From: Trueperaceae bacterium
GTDB lineage: Bacteria; Deinococcota; Deinococci; Deinococcales; Trueperaceae
NCBI GenBank assembly: GCA_965214405.1
Contig: OZ243956.1
Location: 832,001 to 896,000, forward strand
Length of the DNA stretch: 64,000 bases
Direction of reading: 5' to 3'
Each line of letters begins with the position of its first letter. Positions within the stretch are counted from its first letter, which is position 1. Made by a program: the position numbers and the translations under genes. The notes beneath the pieces are model-generated. The model was not told where the DNA came from and did no database searches. It saw nothing but the letters and a program-made list of their open reading frames with translations. Below are positions 10,301-21,127 of this stretch, one piece after another.

Positions 10301-10684
10301 CTACTCCACCGCCAGCGAAAACTGCCGCGCGACCTGCCCCCCATACGTCACCACCGCGCGCCACTCCCCTGGCGTGAGGGTTACATCGTCGGGCAGCGCG
10401 AAATCGGTTGTTTGCGGGTTGGAGGAGGCCTCGAACCAAATGGAGTCCGACGCCACCTCCTGATTACGGGGGCTCAGCCACTGCACCGCCACCCAACCCG
10501 CGGTGGGCACTTCTGTTACGCGCAGCGAGAGCCGCAGCCCGGTTGCCTCTCTAAAAAGTTGGGACGAGGGGGCCACGGTAAAGGTGGGCGGGGGCGTCGC
10601 TTCCGTTCGGGGGATAGGCGGGATGTAGGTGTAGGTGCAGGCAGAGAGGAGGAGGGCGAGGCCAAAAAGGAGAGCGTAGCGCAT
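10301..10684 (-). CDS. Hypothetical lipoprotein
   Basis: MRYALLFGLALLLSAC lipobox; TATAAT 6 nt upstream of ATG 10684. Confidence 0.75.
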   Translation of the reverse strand: MRYALLFGLALLLSACTYTYIPPIPRTEATPPPTFTVAPSSQLFREATGLRLSLRVTEVPTAGWVAVQWLSPRNQEVASDSIWFEASSNPQTTDFALPDDVTLTPGEWRAVVTYGGQVARQFSLAVE

Positions 10685-10776
10685 GGATGGATTATACGAG
10701 CTAGGGTGAGCGTTTGTCGTTTTGAGGCGGTATGGCTTCATATTCGCTCAGCCAACCTTCGCTTTTCTTACCTTTT

Positions 10777-11490
10777 TTACAAGGCTTCTGGAACGAGTAG
10801 CGCAGCAGCGAGCGCCAAGGGCGCGGTTTCGGCGCGAAGGATACGCGGCCCTAGGCTCACGGCGCGGAAGCCGCGCGCCTGCAAATCCGCGACCTCTTCA
10901 TCCGTGAGACCGCCCTCCGGCCCGGTGAGAAAGGTGACTTGGGCTCCTTCTTCCGGCGTCTCTAAGTCGCGCAGCGAAACTGTGGCGGTGGGGTGGGCGA
11001 CGAGACCCAAACCCGAGGCTAGAGGCTCGAGCCTTGCCACCTCTACCATCTCCCCCACCTCCGGCACCACGCTCCGCCCCGACTGCTTGGCCGCCTCCTT
11101 GGCGACGCGTTGCAGGCGCGCGCGTTTGTTGTCCGATAAAACCTTGACGTCGCAACGGCGACTCCTCACGGGTAAAAACCGCGTCACGCCCAGTTCGGTG
11201 CCCTGACGGACCACGTCGCTCAGCTTGTCGCCCTTGAGGAGCGCCACCGCCAGGGTGACGGCGTAAGGCGCTTCGACGGGGCTGACGTGGGGTGCGTCCA
11301 AAAGGAGCGTCACCGCGTCCTCGTCAGTGCCCGCAACCGTGCCCGCGGCCTCGAGCCCCCGCCCGTCAAACGCCCGCACCGCCGCGCCGGGTTCCACGCG
11401 TAAGACTCGCAGAAGGTGATGCGCCTCGGCTCCGCGCAGCGTAGTTTCTCCCGGCGTCAAGTCTTTGAGAAACACGCGGTGCCGTCTCAT
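10777..11490 (-). CDS. rsmE: 16S rRNA m3U1498 methyltransferase RsmE
   Basis: HHLLRVLR, TELGV, EAAKQSGR, GPEGG and LGPRILRAETA. Confidence 0.95.
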   Translation of the reverse strand: MRRHRVFLKDLTPGETTLRGAEAHHLLRVLRVEPGAAVRAFDGRGLEAAGTVAGTDEDAVTLLLDAPHVSPVEAPYAVTLAVALLKGDKLSDVVRQGTELGVTRFLPVRSRRCDVKVLSDNKRARLQRVAKEAAKQSGRSVVPEVGEMVEVARLEPLASGLGLVAHPTATVSLRDLETPEEGAQVTFLTGPEGGLTDEEVADLQARGFRAVSLGPRILRAETAPLALAAALLVPEAL

Positions 11491-11497
11491 AATACCC

Positions 11498-12274
11498 TCA
11501 GGATTTGACGGCGTGGAGGAGCGCCCACTGTCCCTCGAGCCGGGTATCCAAAAGGTCAAAATTTGAGGTTAACGCTTCTGTAACGAGCGGCAGGCGGTCT
11601 TCCAAGATACCTGTAATAAGAAGATGACCCTCTGGAGAGAGAACGCGAGCATAAGCACTTACAAGCTCGGCGTGAAGCTCGGCGTAGAGGTTAGCGGCGA
11701 GGATGTCGGCGCTCGCGGGCGGAACCGTCTCGTCCAGGGTGCCGAGTCTAAAGCGTGCCTTGGAGTCGTTGCGCGCTCGGTTTTCCTCTGCGACGGGTAG
11801 CGTCAGGGGGTCGTTGTCGAGCCCCGAAGCCTCACCCGCGCCTAGCAGGTCGGCGGCAATCGCCAGAATACCCGAACCCGCGCCCACGTCGAGCACACGC
11901 TTATGGGCAAGCTCGAGCCTTTGCAACGCCTCCAACGCCAGCCGCGTCGTCTCGTGGTGGCCGGTACCAAAGGCCATGCCGGGGTCCAGCCAGAGAACAC
12001 GCTGGTGGGGCTTAGGCGTCACCTCGCGGTGGGTGGGGGCGATGATGAGGCGGCCCAAGACGACGGGCTCGAGTTCGGCGTAATAACGCGCCACCCAGTC
12101 CGTCGCCGCGACCTCCTCCCAACGTCCGGGCAGGGACAGGGCCACGCGGGCGGGAAAGTAGGCGACGACCTCCCAACCCTCTTGCGCCACGCCCGTGCAG
12201 CCCGCGTCCCAAAGAAGGTCGGTCTCGGCCTCGAGCCCGTCCAAATCTCCCGTCATCCGAAACGCGGCACTCAT
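11498..12274 (-). CDS. prmA: Ribosomal protein L11 methyltransferase
   Basis: LDPGMAFGTGHHETT and VLDVGAGSGILAI; adjacent to rsmE. Confidence 0.95.
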   Translation of the reverse strand: MSAAFRMTGDLDGLEAETDLLWDAGCTGVAQEGWEVVAYFPARVALSLPGRWEEVAATDWVARYYAELEPVVLGRLIIAPTHREVTPKPHQRVLWLDPGMAFGTGHHETTRLALEALQRLELAHKRVLDVGAGSGILAIAADLLGAGEASGLDNDPLTLPVAEENRARNDSKARFRLGTLDETVPPASADILAANLYAELHAELVSAYARVLSPEGHLLITGILEDRLPLVTEALTSNFDLLDTRLEGQWALLHAVKS

Positions 12275-12301
12275 ACAGTTTTCTTCACCATAAAACCCTC
12301 T

Positions 12302-13993
12302 TCACGCGAACTCCTTTAGCGGCGCGACGCGTTCGTCCCTGGTGATGATGTCGAAGCCCAGCCGTTCGCCCTCGAGGAGGTAAAACGCGACGTTCTCTGC
12401 GCTCGTTTGCGGCCCCAGCGACTTGCGGTCAAAGGCCCTGGTGGCGGTCATAATCATCGTCTCGGCCATGCAGGCGGGTACCAAACCGTCGCCGAAATGG
12501 ATGTCGATGGAACTCCGCATCGCTCCCGGAGGCCGGACCACGCCGCCCGGAATGAGGGAGACGCCGGGCACCCCCTTCACGCTCTCGTCCACGTCGGCGG
12601 GGCGGCCCAAGTCGAAAATCCAGGCCCCCGGCTTGACGTGGCGGGCGAACAGGACCGGGTTCGGGTCGGAGGTGGCGGTAAAGATGAGGTCAGCGGCGCT
12701 GCAGGCGCTCACATCGGTGGCGGTGTGAAAGGTTGTGGCGGGAAACTTGCGCGCGAGCGTCCGGGCGCTACGCTCGAGCCTCGCCTTATCGCGGCCCACC
12801 AGAATAACCTCCCCCACCTCGGGCGCAATGGTGCGGGCCACGCCAAAGGCGACCACGCCGTTGGCCCCCACCACCGCGGCGCAGGCGTTGCGGAGCGTGC
12901 CGCCCTCCGCCGCAAAGCGCGCTAAAAGCCCCGGCACCGCCGCCTTGACCGTGCCCGCCGTATACGCGCCGCCGTTGGTGATGTGGAGGTCGGGCACCGC
13001 TTTCTGAATCTCCAAACCCTTGTTCCCGACCGTCGACCAAAACGCCCCAAGCCCGAACGCCTCCGCCCCCAACTCGCGCGCCAAACGCGCGCCCTGAATC
13101 GCCATGCGCGTGGCGTCCTCCGGGTACGCGCGAATCTGGTCGGGGAGCATCGAGCCGCCAATCAGCATCACCCGAAGCTCGCGCCCGTCCGAGAGCGTTA
13201 CGCCCCGCACTTCGCCCTGCTTTTGCGGGCGCATCGCGCGCATGACGCGGCGCAACAGGGGTTCGGGCAGGCCCCGGTTGAGGAGAAGCTCGAGCCACCT
13301 AAAGCTCCCCGCCTGCCAGAGGTCCTCGAGCGTCATGGGGTGAATCATAAAGGCCGCGTAGACCACCCCAGGGTCCACGCCCCGCACGGGCGGCGGCTCG
13401 CCTAATCTCGGCTCGGTGCCGTCCAGGATGCGCGCCAGGGAGACCTTGTGCCGCCACAGCGCGATCAGGAAAATCAACCCTGCGGCGAGCGTCAGCGTTC
13501 CCCCCTGGCCGCTCACGAGCAAGAGGAGCGGCAGCGCGACGAGCCCCGCCAGGGTCGCGGGCGCGACAAAGGCGTAGCGCGCGAGGAGCGCCGCGTACAC
13601 AAGCATCGGCAGCACCGTCACCCAAAAGGGCACGCCGCCGTAGGCCCAGAGCCCCGCCAACACGCCCAGCAGCACGCCGTTACCCCGCCCTCGAGGGGGC
13701 TCCCAGCCAAAAAGCGGCGGCGGATAGAGGTGACCCGCGTAGATGCCCAGCGCCGCCCACGGACTCCCCGCCGTGAGCGCCAGGGCCAGCGCGCCCTTGA
13801 CCACGTCCACAAAAAAAGACCCCAACGCGAGCGGTGCGCCCACAAAGCGTAGCAGGTTCTCGACCCCCACGTTGTGCGCCATCAGGTCTCGAGCCCGCCG
13901 CCCCGTCATACCCTCGACGAGGCGACTCCCCAACGGCAACGCGCCGATGAGGTAAGCCAGGACGAAGGGAGCGAGAGCGGTGAGAGCGTCCAT
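12302..13993 (-). CDS. plsY: PlsY-like acyltransferase fused to an acyl-ACP-reductase-like NAD(P)-binding domain
   Basis: N-terminal AYLIGALPLG, VDVVKG, GHLYP and RHKVSLARILDGTEPRLG (PlsY); C-terminal AFMIHP, GLGAF, TNGGAYT, VVGANG, DLGRPADV and PACMAETM. Confidence 0.8.
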   Translation of the reverse strand: MDALTALAPFVLAYLIGALPLGSRLVEGMTGRRARDLMAHNVGVENLLRFVGAPLALGSFFVDVVKGALALALTAGSPWAALGIYAGHLYPPPLFGWEPPRGRGNGVLLGVLAGLWAYGGVPFWVTVLPMLVYAALLARYAFVAPATLAGLVALPLLLLVSGQGGTLTLAAGLIFLIALWRHKVSLARILDGTEPRLGEPPPVRGVDPGVVYAAFMIHPMTLEDLWQAGSFRWLELLLNRGLPEPLLRRVMRAMRPQKQGEVRGVTLSDGRELRVMLIGGSMLPDQIRAYPEDATRMAIQGARLARELGAEAFGLGAFWSTVGNKGLEIQKAVPDLHITNGGAYTAGTVKAAVPGLLARFAAEGGTLRNACAAVVGANGVVAFGVARTIAPEVGEVILVGRDKARLERSARTLARKFPATTFHTATDVSACSAADLIFTATSDPNPVLFARHVKPGAWIFDLGRPADVDESVKGVPGVSLIPGGVVRPPGAMRSSIDIHFGDGLVPACMAETMIMTATRAFDRKSLGPQTSAENVAFYLLEGERLGFDIITRDERVAPLKEFA

Positions 13994-14172
13994 GTTGAGA
14001 GAATTCACGCTTAGTCAGTATAAAGCTTCGGATGAGAAAAGGACCTGTTAAACGGTAGTCGGGCGCGTAAAAGCCGGTTAACAACGTCAGGTACAGGACA
14101 AACCGCTCTTTGTTACCCGCGCGAACTCCGAACTCCGGACGCCCCGCCCCAAAGTTCGGATACAATGCGCGG

Positions 14173-15507
14173 GTGGAATCTCGTACTCCGCCTCAAAATT
14201 TAGAAGCCGAACAGAGTGTGTTGGGCAGCGTGCTTCTTGACAACGAAGTCTACGCCGCCTTGGAGGGGATGCTCAGCCCGGAGCACTTTTATAAAGAGAG
14301 TCACCGGAAAATCTTTCGGGCCTTTGAGCGCCTTTTTCGCCGCGCCGAGCCGATGGATTTGGTGACCCTGACCGAGGAGCTGAGGCAAACGGGGGAGTTA
14401 GAGACCGTCGGCAGCGTGCCCTACCTAATCGGTTTGGCCGACAGCGTGCCGACCGCCGCCTACGCCGAAAACTACGCGCGCATCGTGCTCGAGAAGGCGG
14501 TCTTGCGCGAACTCATCAGCGCGAGCGGCAGCATCATGCAGACCGCTTACGACGCGGCGATGCCCCTAGAGCAGATTCTCGACAAGGCGGAAGCGAATAT
14601 TTTTGAACTCTCGAGTTCCAAACGCACCCACGCCTTTGAGGGCATGAACACGCTCGTCACCGACACGTTCGCGCACATTAACGAACTCTTCAACAACCCC
14701 GACCCGGTGTCGGGCTTGCGGACGGGTTTTAAGGAACTCGATAACCTCACGGCGGGCCTGCAACCGAGTTCCTTAAATGTGCTCGCGGCGCGGCCCTCGA
14801 TGGGCAAAACCGCCTGCGCGCTCACCATCGGTCAAAATGTCGCCCTACGTGAGGGTAAAACGGTAGGTATTTTCAACCTGGAGATGTCCGCCGTCCAACT
14901 CGTCATGAGGATGCTCTGCTCTGAGGCGCGCGTCGACATGAGCCGGGTCAGAAACGGGCAGCTCTCCGACCGCGACTTTCAGCGTTTGGCCGACACCGCG
15001 GGCAAGATGTCTGACGTCAAAATTTTTATCGACGACACCGCCGACATGACGGTGATGGAACTCCGTAGCCGCGCGCGCCGCCTCATGGCCGAGCACGGCT
15101 TGGGGCTTATTATTATTGACTACTTGCAGCTCATGAGCGGGAGCGGGCGCAGCGGCGCGGGCGAGAACCGGCAGCAGGAGATTTCGACCATCTCGAGGAG
15201 CCTCAAGGCTTTAGCAAGAGAACTCGACATCCCAGTCTTGGTGCTGTCGCAGCTCTCGCGCGCCGTCGAGAGTCGGCCCAACAAACGCCCAATGCTCTCG
15301 GATTTGCGCGAATCAGGAGCCATCGAGCAGGACGCCGACTTGGTCATGTTTATTTACCGCGACGAGTATTACGACAAAAACTCCGAAAAGCAGGGCGTCG
15401 CGGAGATTATCATCGGCAAGCAGCGCAACGGCCCGGTGGGCACGGTCGAGCTTCAGTTCCACAACGCCCACGTGCGCTTTAACGACCTCGCCAAGACGGT
15501 GCCGTAA
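14173..15507 (+). CDS. dnaB: Replicative DNA helicase
   Basis: PPQNLEAEQSVLG, AARPSMGKT, IDYLQLM and SDLRESGAIEQDAD; GTG 14173 follows TACAAT-N6. Confidence 0.97.
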   Translation: MESRTPPQNLEAEQSVLGSVLLDNEVYAALEGMLSPEHFYKESHRKIFRAFERLFRRAEPMDLVTLTEELRQTGELETVGSVPYLIGLADSVPTAAYAENYARIVLEKAVLRELISASGSIMQTAYDAAMPLEQILDKAEANIFELSSSKRTHAFEGMNTLVTDTFAHINELFNNPDPVSGLRTGFKELDNLTAGLQPSSLNVLAARPSMGKTACALTIGQNVALREGKTVGIFNLEMSAVQLVMRMLCSEARVDMSRVRNGQLSDRDFQRLADTAGKMSDVKIFIDDTADMTVMELRSRARRLMAEHGLGLIIIDYLQLMSGSGRSGAGENRQQEISTISRSLKALARELDIPVLVLSQLSRAVESRPNKRPMLSDLRESGAIEQDADLVMFIYRDEYYDKNSEKQGVAEIIIGKQRNGPVGTVELQFHNAHVRFNDLAKTVP

Positions 15508-15758
15508 ACTTTTGCTAAACCTGTACAGATTTGCGTAGGAAGAACGTCAGAATCCAGAAGGGAGAATGAAGGGGTGCTTCTTTATCCCTGATTCCCCCTT
15601 TTGTATTCCCGATTTCTCAGCACGTTTTGAACGGCTCCTCAGCAACTTCTTTATGAAATGATTCTGGTAAACCTTGCGCACACGCCTGCGCCGTGAACAG
15701 GAGCGGGAGTGGCGTTTTGCATCACACAGTTTTCAGCGGGGCACGTTAAACTATTCAT

Positions 15759-17666
15759 ATGGGCAAATTTCCCCTCCGCGGTCTGCTGATCGCCCTGGCG
15801 GTGCTGGGGCTCATTGTTTTCGTCGCCTCTCAGAACAACGGTCGGAGCCAAGCGTCCGGCAAAAGTCTTACCGAATTCCTGTCGCTGGTCGATGCGGGTC
15901 GGGTGGGCAGCGTGAACGCTCGAGAAAACGAACTCACCGTCACCCCGACGGGCGGCGGCGAGCCGTACACCACGCGGCTGGCGAGCCCCCTGACCTTGGA
16001 CGAGGTCCAAAGGTTACAGGCGGAAGGCGTCAACGTCACCATCGAACCGCCCGGACAGAACTGGGGCGGCATCATGATCACCCTGCTGCCGATTTTGCTG
16101 ATGGTCGGCTTTTTGTGGTATTTGATGCGCGGGATGCGGAGCGGCGGCGACGGCGCGGTGTCCTTTGGCAAGTCGCGCGCGCGGTTAGTCACCGAGGAGA
16201 ACTCGAGCACGCTCTTCAAAGATGTAGCGGGCGTTGAAGAGGCCAAAAACGACCTTTACGAAGTGGTCGAATTCTTAAAAAATCCTTCTAAGTTTCACGC
16301 GCTCGGCGCGCGCATCCCGCACGGCGTCTTGATGGTGGGGCCGCCCGGCTCAGGCAAGACGCACCTCGCCAAGGCGGTCGCGGGCGAGGCGCGCGTGCCC
16401 TTTTTCAGCATCTCGGGTTCGGATTTTGTCGAGATGTTTGTGGGCGTGGGCGCGGCGCGTGTGCGCGACTTGTTCGAGCAGGCCAAAAAGAACGCGCCCT
16501 GCATTGTGTTTATTGACGAGATCGACGCGGTCGGCAGACGCCGCGGCATGAACATCAACGGCGGCAACGACGAGCGCGAGCAGACCCTGAACGCGCTTTT
16601 AGTTGAGATGGACGGCTTTGAGTCCAAGCACGACATCATCATCGTCGCGGCGACGAACCGCCCCGATGTGCTCGACCCTGCGCTTTTACGCCCTGGCCGC
16701 TTCGACCGTCAGGTCGTCGTGGACGCGCCCGACGCGAAGGGCCGCGAAGCCATCTTGCGCATTCACGCGCGCGGCAAGCCCCTGTCCAAGACCGTCAACC
16801 TCAAAACCGTCGCGCGGCGCACCCCCGGGTTTGTCGGCGCGGACCTAGAAAACCTCCTCAACGAGGCCGCGCTCGTGGCGGCGCGGAGCGGTCACAAGGA
16901 AATTTCGCCCTTTGATCTGGACGAGGCCGCCGACCGCGTGGTGATGGGTCCCGAGCGGCGCAGCCGGGTCATCAGCCCGCGCGAAAAGCGCATCACCGCC
17001 TTTCACGAGGCGGGGCACGCGCTGGCGGCGCAGCTTCTGGAACACGCCGACCCGGTCCACAAAATTACCATCGTACCGAGGGGCCGCGCGATGGGCTACG
17101 TGATGCGCGTATCCGAAGAGGACCGCATGTCGATGAGCAAAACGATGTTGATTGACACCATCGCCGTGGCCCTGGCGGGGCGCGCCGCCGAAGAGATCAT
17201 TTTTAACGACGTGACCACGGGCGCGGCGAACGATTTTCAGCAGGCCACCAATATTGCTAGGCGCATGGTCTCGAGCTGGGGCATGAGCGATTCGCTGGGT
17301 AAAATCGCGCTCTCGAGTTCCAACGAGTCGTATTTAGGCGAGTACGAAGGCGCGCGCACCTACAGCGAGGAGACGGCGCGGCTCATCGACAACGAAGTCA
17401 AGGCGATTATCGACGGGCAGTACGAGCGGGTGCTGACCCTCTTGCAAGAAAACCGCGCCACGATAGACACGATTGTCGAGGTGCTGTTGGAGCGTGAAAC
17501 GCTTCACGCCGACGACTTTGACAAGCTCATGCGCGGCGAGCCGTTGCCGCCTTATGAGGGGGTGCTCGTGGCTCCCGAACCCCAAGACGCGCCCCACGTC
17601 GCCCCCCCCGACGTCAAACCCAAGGGACCGCTTTTGCCACCGGGGATGATGCCCAAGCCGGGCTGA
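15759..17666 (+). CDS. ftsH: ATP-dependent zinc metalloprotease FtsH
   Basis: Two TMs, [23 protein letters not shown] and HEAGH. Confidence 0.97.
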   Translation: MGKFPLRGLLIALAVLGLIVFVASQNNGRSQASGKSLTEFLSLVDAGRVGSVNARENELTVTPTGGGEPYTTRLASPLTLDEVQRLQAEGVNVTIEPPGQNWGGIMITLLPILLMVGFLWYLMRGMRSGGDGAVSFGKSRARLVTEENSSTLFKDVAGVEEAKNDLYEVVEFLKNPSKFHALGARIPHGVLMVGPPGSGKTHLAKAVAGEARVPFFSISGSDFVEMFVGVGAARVRDLFEQAKKNAPCIVFIDEIDAVGRRRGMNINGGNDEREQTLNALLVEMDGFESKHDIIIVAATNRPDVLDPALLRPGRFDRQVVVDAPDAKGREAILRIHARGKPLSKTVNLKTVARRTPGFVGADLENLLNEAALVAARSGHKEISPFDLDEAADRVVMGPERRSRVISPREKRITAFHEAGHALAAQLLEHADPVHKITIVPRGRAMGYVMRVSEEDRMSMSKTMLIDTIAVALAGRAAEEIIFNDVTTGAANDFQQATNIARRMVSSWGMSDSLGKIALSSSNESYLGEYEGARTYSEETARLIDNEVKAIIDGQYERVLTLLQENRATIDTIVEVLLERETLHADDFDKLMRGEPLPPYEGVLVAPEPQDAPHVAPPDVKPKGPLLPPGMMPKPG

Positions 17667-17690
17667 ACCCGCATCTAAAAAAGTTTTGTG

Positions 17691-17725
17691 ACCGCCTCAG
17701 CACCGTCTGGGGCGGTTTCTTTTAT
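17691..17725 (+). terminator. Intrinsic terminator after ftsH
   Basis: ACCGCCTCAG-caccgt-CTGGGGCGGT then TTCTTTT. Confidence 0.7.
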
Positions 17726-17832
17726 TCTTGCCGGTCCAGTTGAGGTAACGAAGAAAGTTTCCTAAAGCACAAACCGAAATTATGTGGTTAACGTGCCCAC
17801 CTCCCGCACAGCACAGCTTCCAGCAGTCTAAA

Positions 17833-18756
17833 TTAAGATAGAGATAAATACTTATCGTCCGGTAGCTCCGCCAGTCTCCCAAGTTGCGCCTCAATCAGCT
17901 CTAAAAGCTCGGCTTCACCTGATGGGTTTAAGAGGTTAGCGAGTGAGACCTGTTTCGCCAGCTCGCTAAGCACCACGAAGCCAATAAAGTACCCTGCCCG
18001 TTCGGGCACGACGCCGTCGCCCGACCAAGGTACGAAATACCGCCGATACATAGCGTCCTCGGTAGAGCGCAGGTGGGCAAGAAGGTCTTCAACGATAGAA
18101 ACGCGCAAGCGCCATGTTTGCTCGGGTAAGCCTTTGGGAAAGTCCAGCATGAGTTCCGCGTAGGAGGCTTGCGGGTTCAACATATGGCTGATGTAGGTGG
18201 CGAGCCCCTCTTCCCAAAGATTGAGCAGGAGCGTGTCAGCCTCGTACCACTCCCGCGAGGCCGGGAGGTGTCGTTGCTTCAAATAAACGTGGGTTAGCTC
18301 GTGGTGAAAGAAGGGGGTGTTGTCTTGCCAGGTGTGAAACCTAGCCATCATGTCCAGGCCGAGAATGAAGGTTGGTTCCCCCTCTAGCTCTCGCATCCCT
18401 CCGTTCATCGCCTTGAGGGAATGCAGGAGATGCACGTCAAAGTTTGTATGAAAGTCTGGAAATTGGGCCTCAAAGGATGCTAGCGCGCGCTTCAACTGAT
18501 CCGGAACGGTTGCTTGCAGGCGGACAAAGTCGCTCTTATAGTGCGCGAACGCGGTGAACTCCTCGAGCAGCATCGTCTCAACCTGTTTACCCTCAGCTTC
18601 CCACTTCGACAGCCTTAGGTCGTAAAAGGCGGGGTTTGTCGGGTGAAGTTCGGACCAGAAGCGCTCTAGCTTCTCCTCGTTGGACTTTCCCAAAGTTCCC
18701 TCATAGAACTCAACAAAAGCGGGGGTGGCGTCGTGAAGGTCCATGCGAGTCCTCAA
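17833..18756 (-). CDS. Putative Zn-dependent peptidase (gluzincin-like, DUF2268/DUF5700-like)
   Basis: HHELTH plus downstream EEGLA and RAGYFIG; real start may be the Met of MDLHD. Confidence 0.7.
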   Translation of the reverse strand: MRTRMDLHDATPAFVEFYEGTLGKSNEEKLERFWSELHPTNPAFYDLRLSKWEAEGKQVETMLLEEFTAFAHYKSDFVRLQATVPDQLKRALASFEAQFPDFHTNFDVHLLHSLKAMNGGMRELEGEPTFILGLDMMARFHTWQDNTPFFHHELTHVYLKQRHLPASREWYEADTLLLNLWEEGLATYISHMLNPQASYAELMLDFPKGLPEQTWRLRVSIVEDLLAHLRSTEDAMYRRYFVPWSGDGVVPERAGYFIGFVVLSELAKQVSLANLLNPSGEAELLELIEAQLGRLAELPDDKYLSLS

Positions 18757-19266
18757 GAGTGCAGCTTATACGTGAACGGGCTGCCAAACGCACAAACCAG
18801 TCACACGGCGGTAACGCTTGGCAGTGGAGAACATTCGACACTTCACGGTGAGGCGCACTCAAACCACCGTCCGTTCCGCCTATGCCAGAACCGCTCGAGC
18901 CCCGCCACCCGCACGATATTGAACATCCTCCCGACGCCAAAATGAGAAAAATACCCCAATCCATAGCCGCGTAAGAAATCCTATAACGCTTCCTCCCCCA
19001 TTCAAAGTGTTTAATAAAAACGTTGTCTGTGACAATAATCTTTAAGATTCTGAGGAAGAAATTGCACGCCAAAACCTTTATCTGGGTGCGAAATTTTTAT
19101 CCCAGGTTTATGAGAGGCCGGTGCTAGACTTCTGAGGATTTAAGCGGGTTTCATCGACACTGAGGGAGCAAAAGCGCAGATTATTCGTTTTCAGACTCTG
19201 TCCTGGACAGTGACTCGCGGCCCGTACTCGCTCAGACCAGATGGACCCTGCTATAGGAGGAGATTT

Positions 19267-20451
19267 ATGACCGCAATGCGCGAATCGCTGTCGCGCCTTT
19301 TTAATCCTCGAGTTGAAGCCGTCGGTCTCGAGATCGGGACGAGCGCGCTCAAGGTCGTGGAGCTTCGGGGTGGCAAGCCGCCCTCTCTGGGGGCCATTGG
19401 GATACGGCCTACGCCGCCCGGACTCTTGCAAGAGGACGGGGTCGTCGACGCCGCGGGGCTGGCCGAGGAAATCAAGGCGCTGTTTAAAGAGGCGGGCATC
19501 ACCAAGCGCTTCGTGGTCACCGCGGTGGGGAACCGCCAGGCCATCACCCGCAACATCCTCGTTCCCAAGATGACGCTAAAGGAGCTTGAAGAGGCCATCA
19601 AGTGGGAGGCCGAGCGCTATATTCCCTTTCCCATCGACGAGGTGGCCTTAGACTACTACGTGCTCGATAATCCCGACGACGTCGAGGAGGAGGGGCAGCT
19701 AGAGGTGGTCATCGCCGCGGCCCGGTTGGATTTGGTCACGCAGCAGGTTGATTATCTCAAATTGGCGGGGCTCGAGCCCGTGGTGGTCGATATCAAGCCC
19801 TTTTCGCTCCTGCGCTCGCTGCGGGGCTCGCTCCTGGGCGCGCACCTCAACAAAACGACGCTCACCGGGGACGGTTACACGGAGGCCGACGAGGTCGGCG
19901 TGGTGTTGGAGATCGCCGCGTCGAACACGACGATTACCTTAGCGCGCGGCGAGCGGGTTCTCATGAACCGCAACATCGGCGTGTCGGGCGACGACTTTAC
20001 CGCCGCCATCCAGCGCTCTTTCGGGCTCGACTTCGACTCCGCCGAGGAGGTCAAGCTCGACTACGGCACCGCGATGATTCCCACCGAGGACGAGGAAGAA
20101 CTGCTCAACTTCGACGCCAAGCGCGAGCAGTTCTCGCCGGGCCGCGTCTACGAGGCGCTGCGCCCCGTGCTGGTCGACCTCACCACCGAGGTGCGCCGCA
20201 GCCTAGAGTTTTTCCGCGTCCAGGCGGGCGACGCCAACATAGGCCGGATGATCGTTTCGGGCGGCGGGGCCAAGCTGCGCGGGCTGCCCGACGCGATCGG
20301 CGACGCGCTGGGTTTTCGCGTCGAGTTGGGCGACCCCTGGCTCACCGTCCACAGCGACGAGCGTTTTGACGCGCAGTATCTGCGCCGCGTCGGCCCCGAA
20401 TGTTGTGTGGCCCTGGGATTGGCGCTTAGGGGGGTGAACGCCCTTGATTAA
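19267..20451 (+). CDS. pilM: Type IV pilus assembly protein PilM
   Basis: GLEIGTSALKVVEL, WEAERYIPFPIDEV and SGGGAKL; SD AGGAGG upstream of ATG 19267. Confidence 0.95.
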   Translation: MTAMRESLSRLFNPRVEAVGLEIGTSALKVVELRGGKPPSLGAIGIRPTPPGLLQEDGVVDAAGLAEEIKALFKEAGITKRFVVTAVGNRQAITRNILVPKMTLKELEEAIKWEAERYIPFPIDEVALDYYVLDNPDDVEEEGQLEVVIAAARLDLVTQQVDYLKLAGLEPVVVDIKPFSLLRSLRGSLLGAHLNKTTLTGDGYTEADEVGVVLEIAASNTTITLARGERVLMNRNIGVSGDDFTAAIQRSFGLDFDSAEEVKLDYGTAMIPTEDEEELLNFDAKREQFSPGRVYEALRPVLVDLTTEVRRSLEFFRVQAGDANIGRMIVSGGGAKLRGLPDAIGDALGFRVELGDPWLTVHSDERFDAQYLRRVGPECCVALGLALRGVNALD

Positions 20452-21127
20452 CGTTAACTTGATGCCCAAAAACCTGCGGCGGCGGCGCGAGCCGGGTTAC
20501 TGGCGCTTTATCGCGCTCCTTTTCCCGCTTCTCGTGCTGGGCGTCGCGGGGTTTATGCAGGTGTCTGTAAGCGCAACCGCGCGGACCTTGGCCGAAGAGC
20601 GCGACCTGCGCGAACTCAAACTAAGCACGCTGCAACCCGCGCTCGAGGAGCAAGAAAGGCTCCAGGCCCGTCAGCGCCAACTGGGCGAGCTTATCGCGGT
20701 GCGTAATTCGGTTCAGGCGGGCAAAATCGACTGGACGGACGAACTCGCGTCGATGTTGGAAACGCTGCCCCCGCCTATGGACACCGGCCTGCCGCGGGTC
20801 GAATTCAACGCCTTGAGCATGAGCGCGCTCGGGGGCGAACCCAACGACGCTTACGACGGCGCCCCTACAGTTGCGGAGATGACCGTCGCGGGCACCGCGG
20901 TCACGTCCGAGGTTTTGGCCCAGTACGTGCGTTCGCTCGAGCTTTCGCCCCTTTTTGCCGTCGCCTTTCAAAACGCGTCCCGAGACGAGGAAAGCGGGTT
21001 TTACAGCTTTAGCCTCACCGTCGGCGCGCTTGGGGATCAACCCGACGCGCAACCGGACGCGCCCGGTGAAGAAGCGCCGGACGCCTTGGGTGGCCTTGAA
21101 GCCAACCAGTCAGGAGCGGGTCAATGA
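20444..21127 (+). CDS. pilN: Type IV pilus assembly protein PilN
   Basis: N-terminal INVNLMP (NLLP-type) motif, single TM and coiled coil; follows pilM. Confidence 0.85.
   Translation: MINVNLMPKNLRRRREPGYWRFIALLFPLLVLGVAGFMQVSVSATARTLAEERDLRELKLSTLQPALEEQERLQARQRQLGELIAVRNSVQAGKIDWTDELASMLETLPPPMDTGLPRVEFNALSMSALGGEPNDAYDGAPTVAEMTVAGTAVTSEVLAQYVRSLELSPLFAVAFQNASRDEESGFYSFSLTVGALGDQPDAQPDAPGEEAPDALGGLEANQSGAGQ

Noticed and set aside
17726..18800. attC sites around other lower-GC singletons (this peptidase, Uma2, DinB-like gene)
   Set aside because: No RYYYAAC...GTTRRRY palindrome with L boxes found by eye.
18760..19260. Riboswitch or small genes upstream of pilM
   Set aside because: No recognisable riboswitch consensus; the short ORFs lack coding features.
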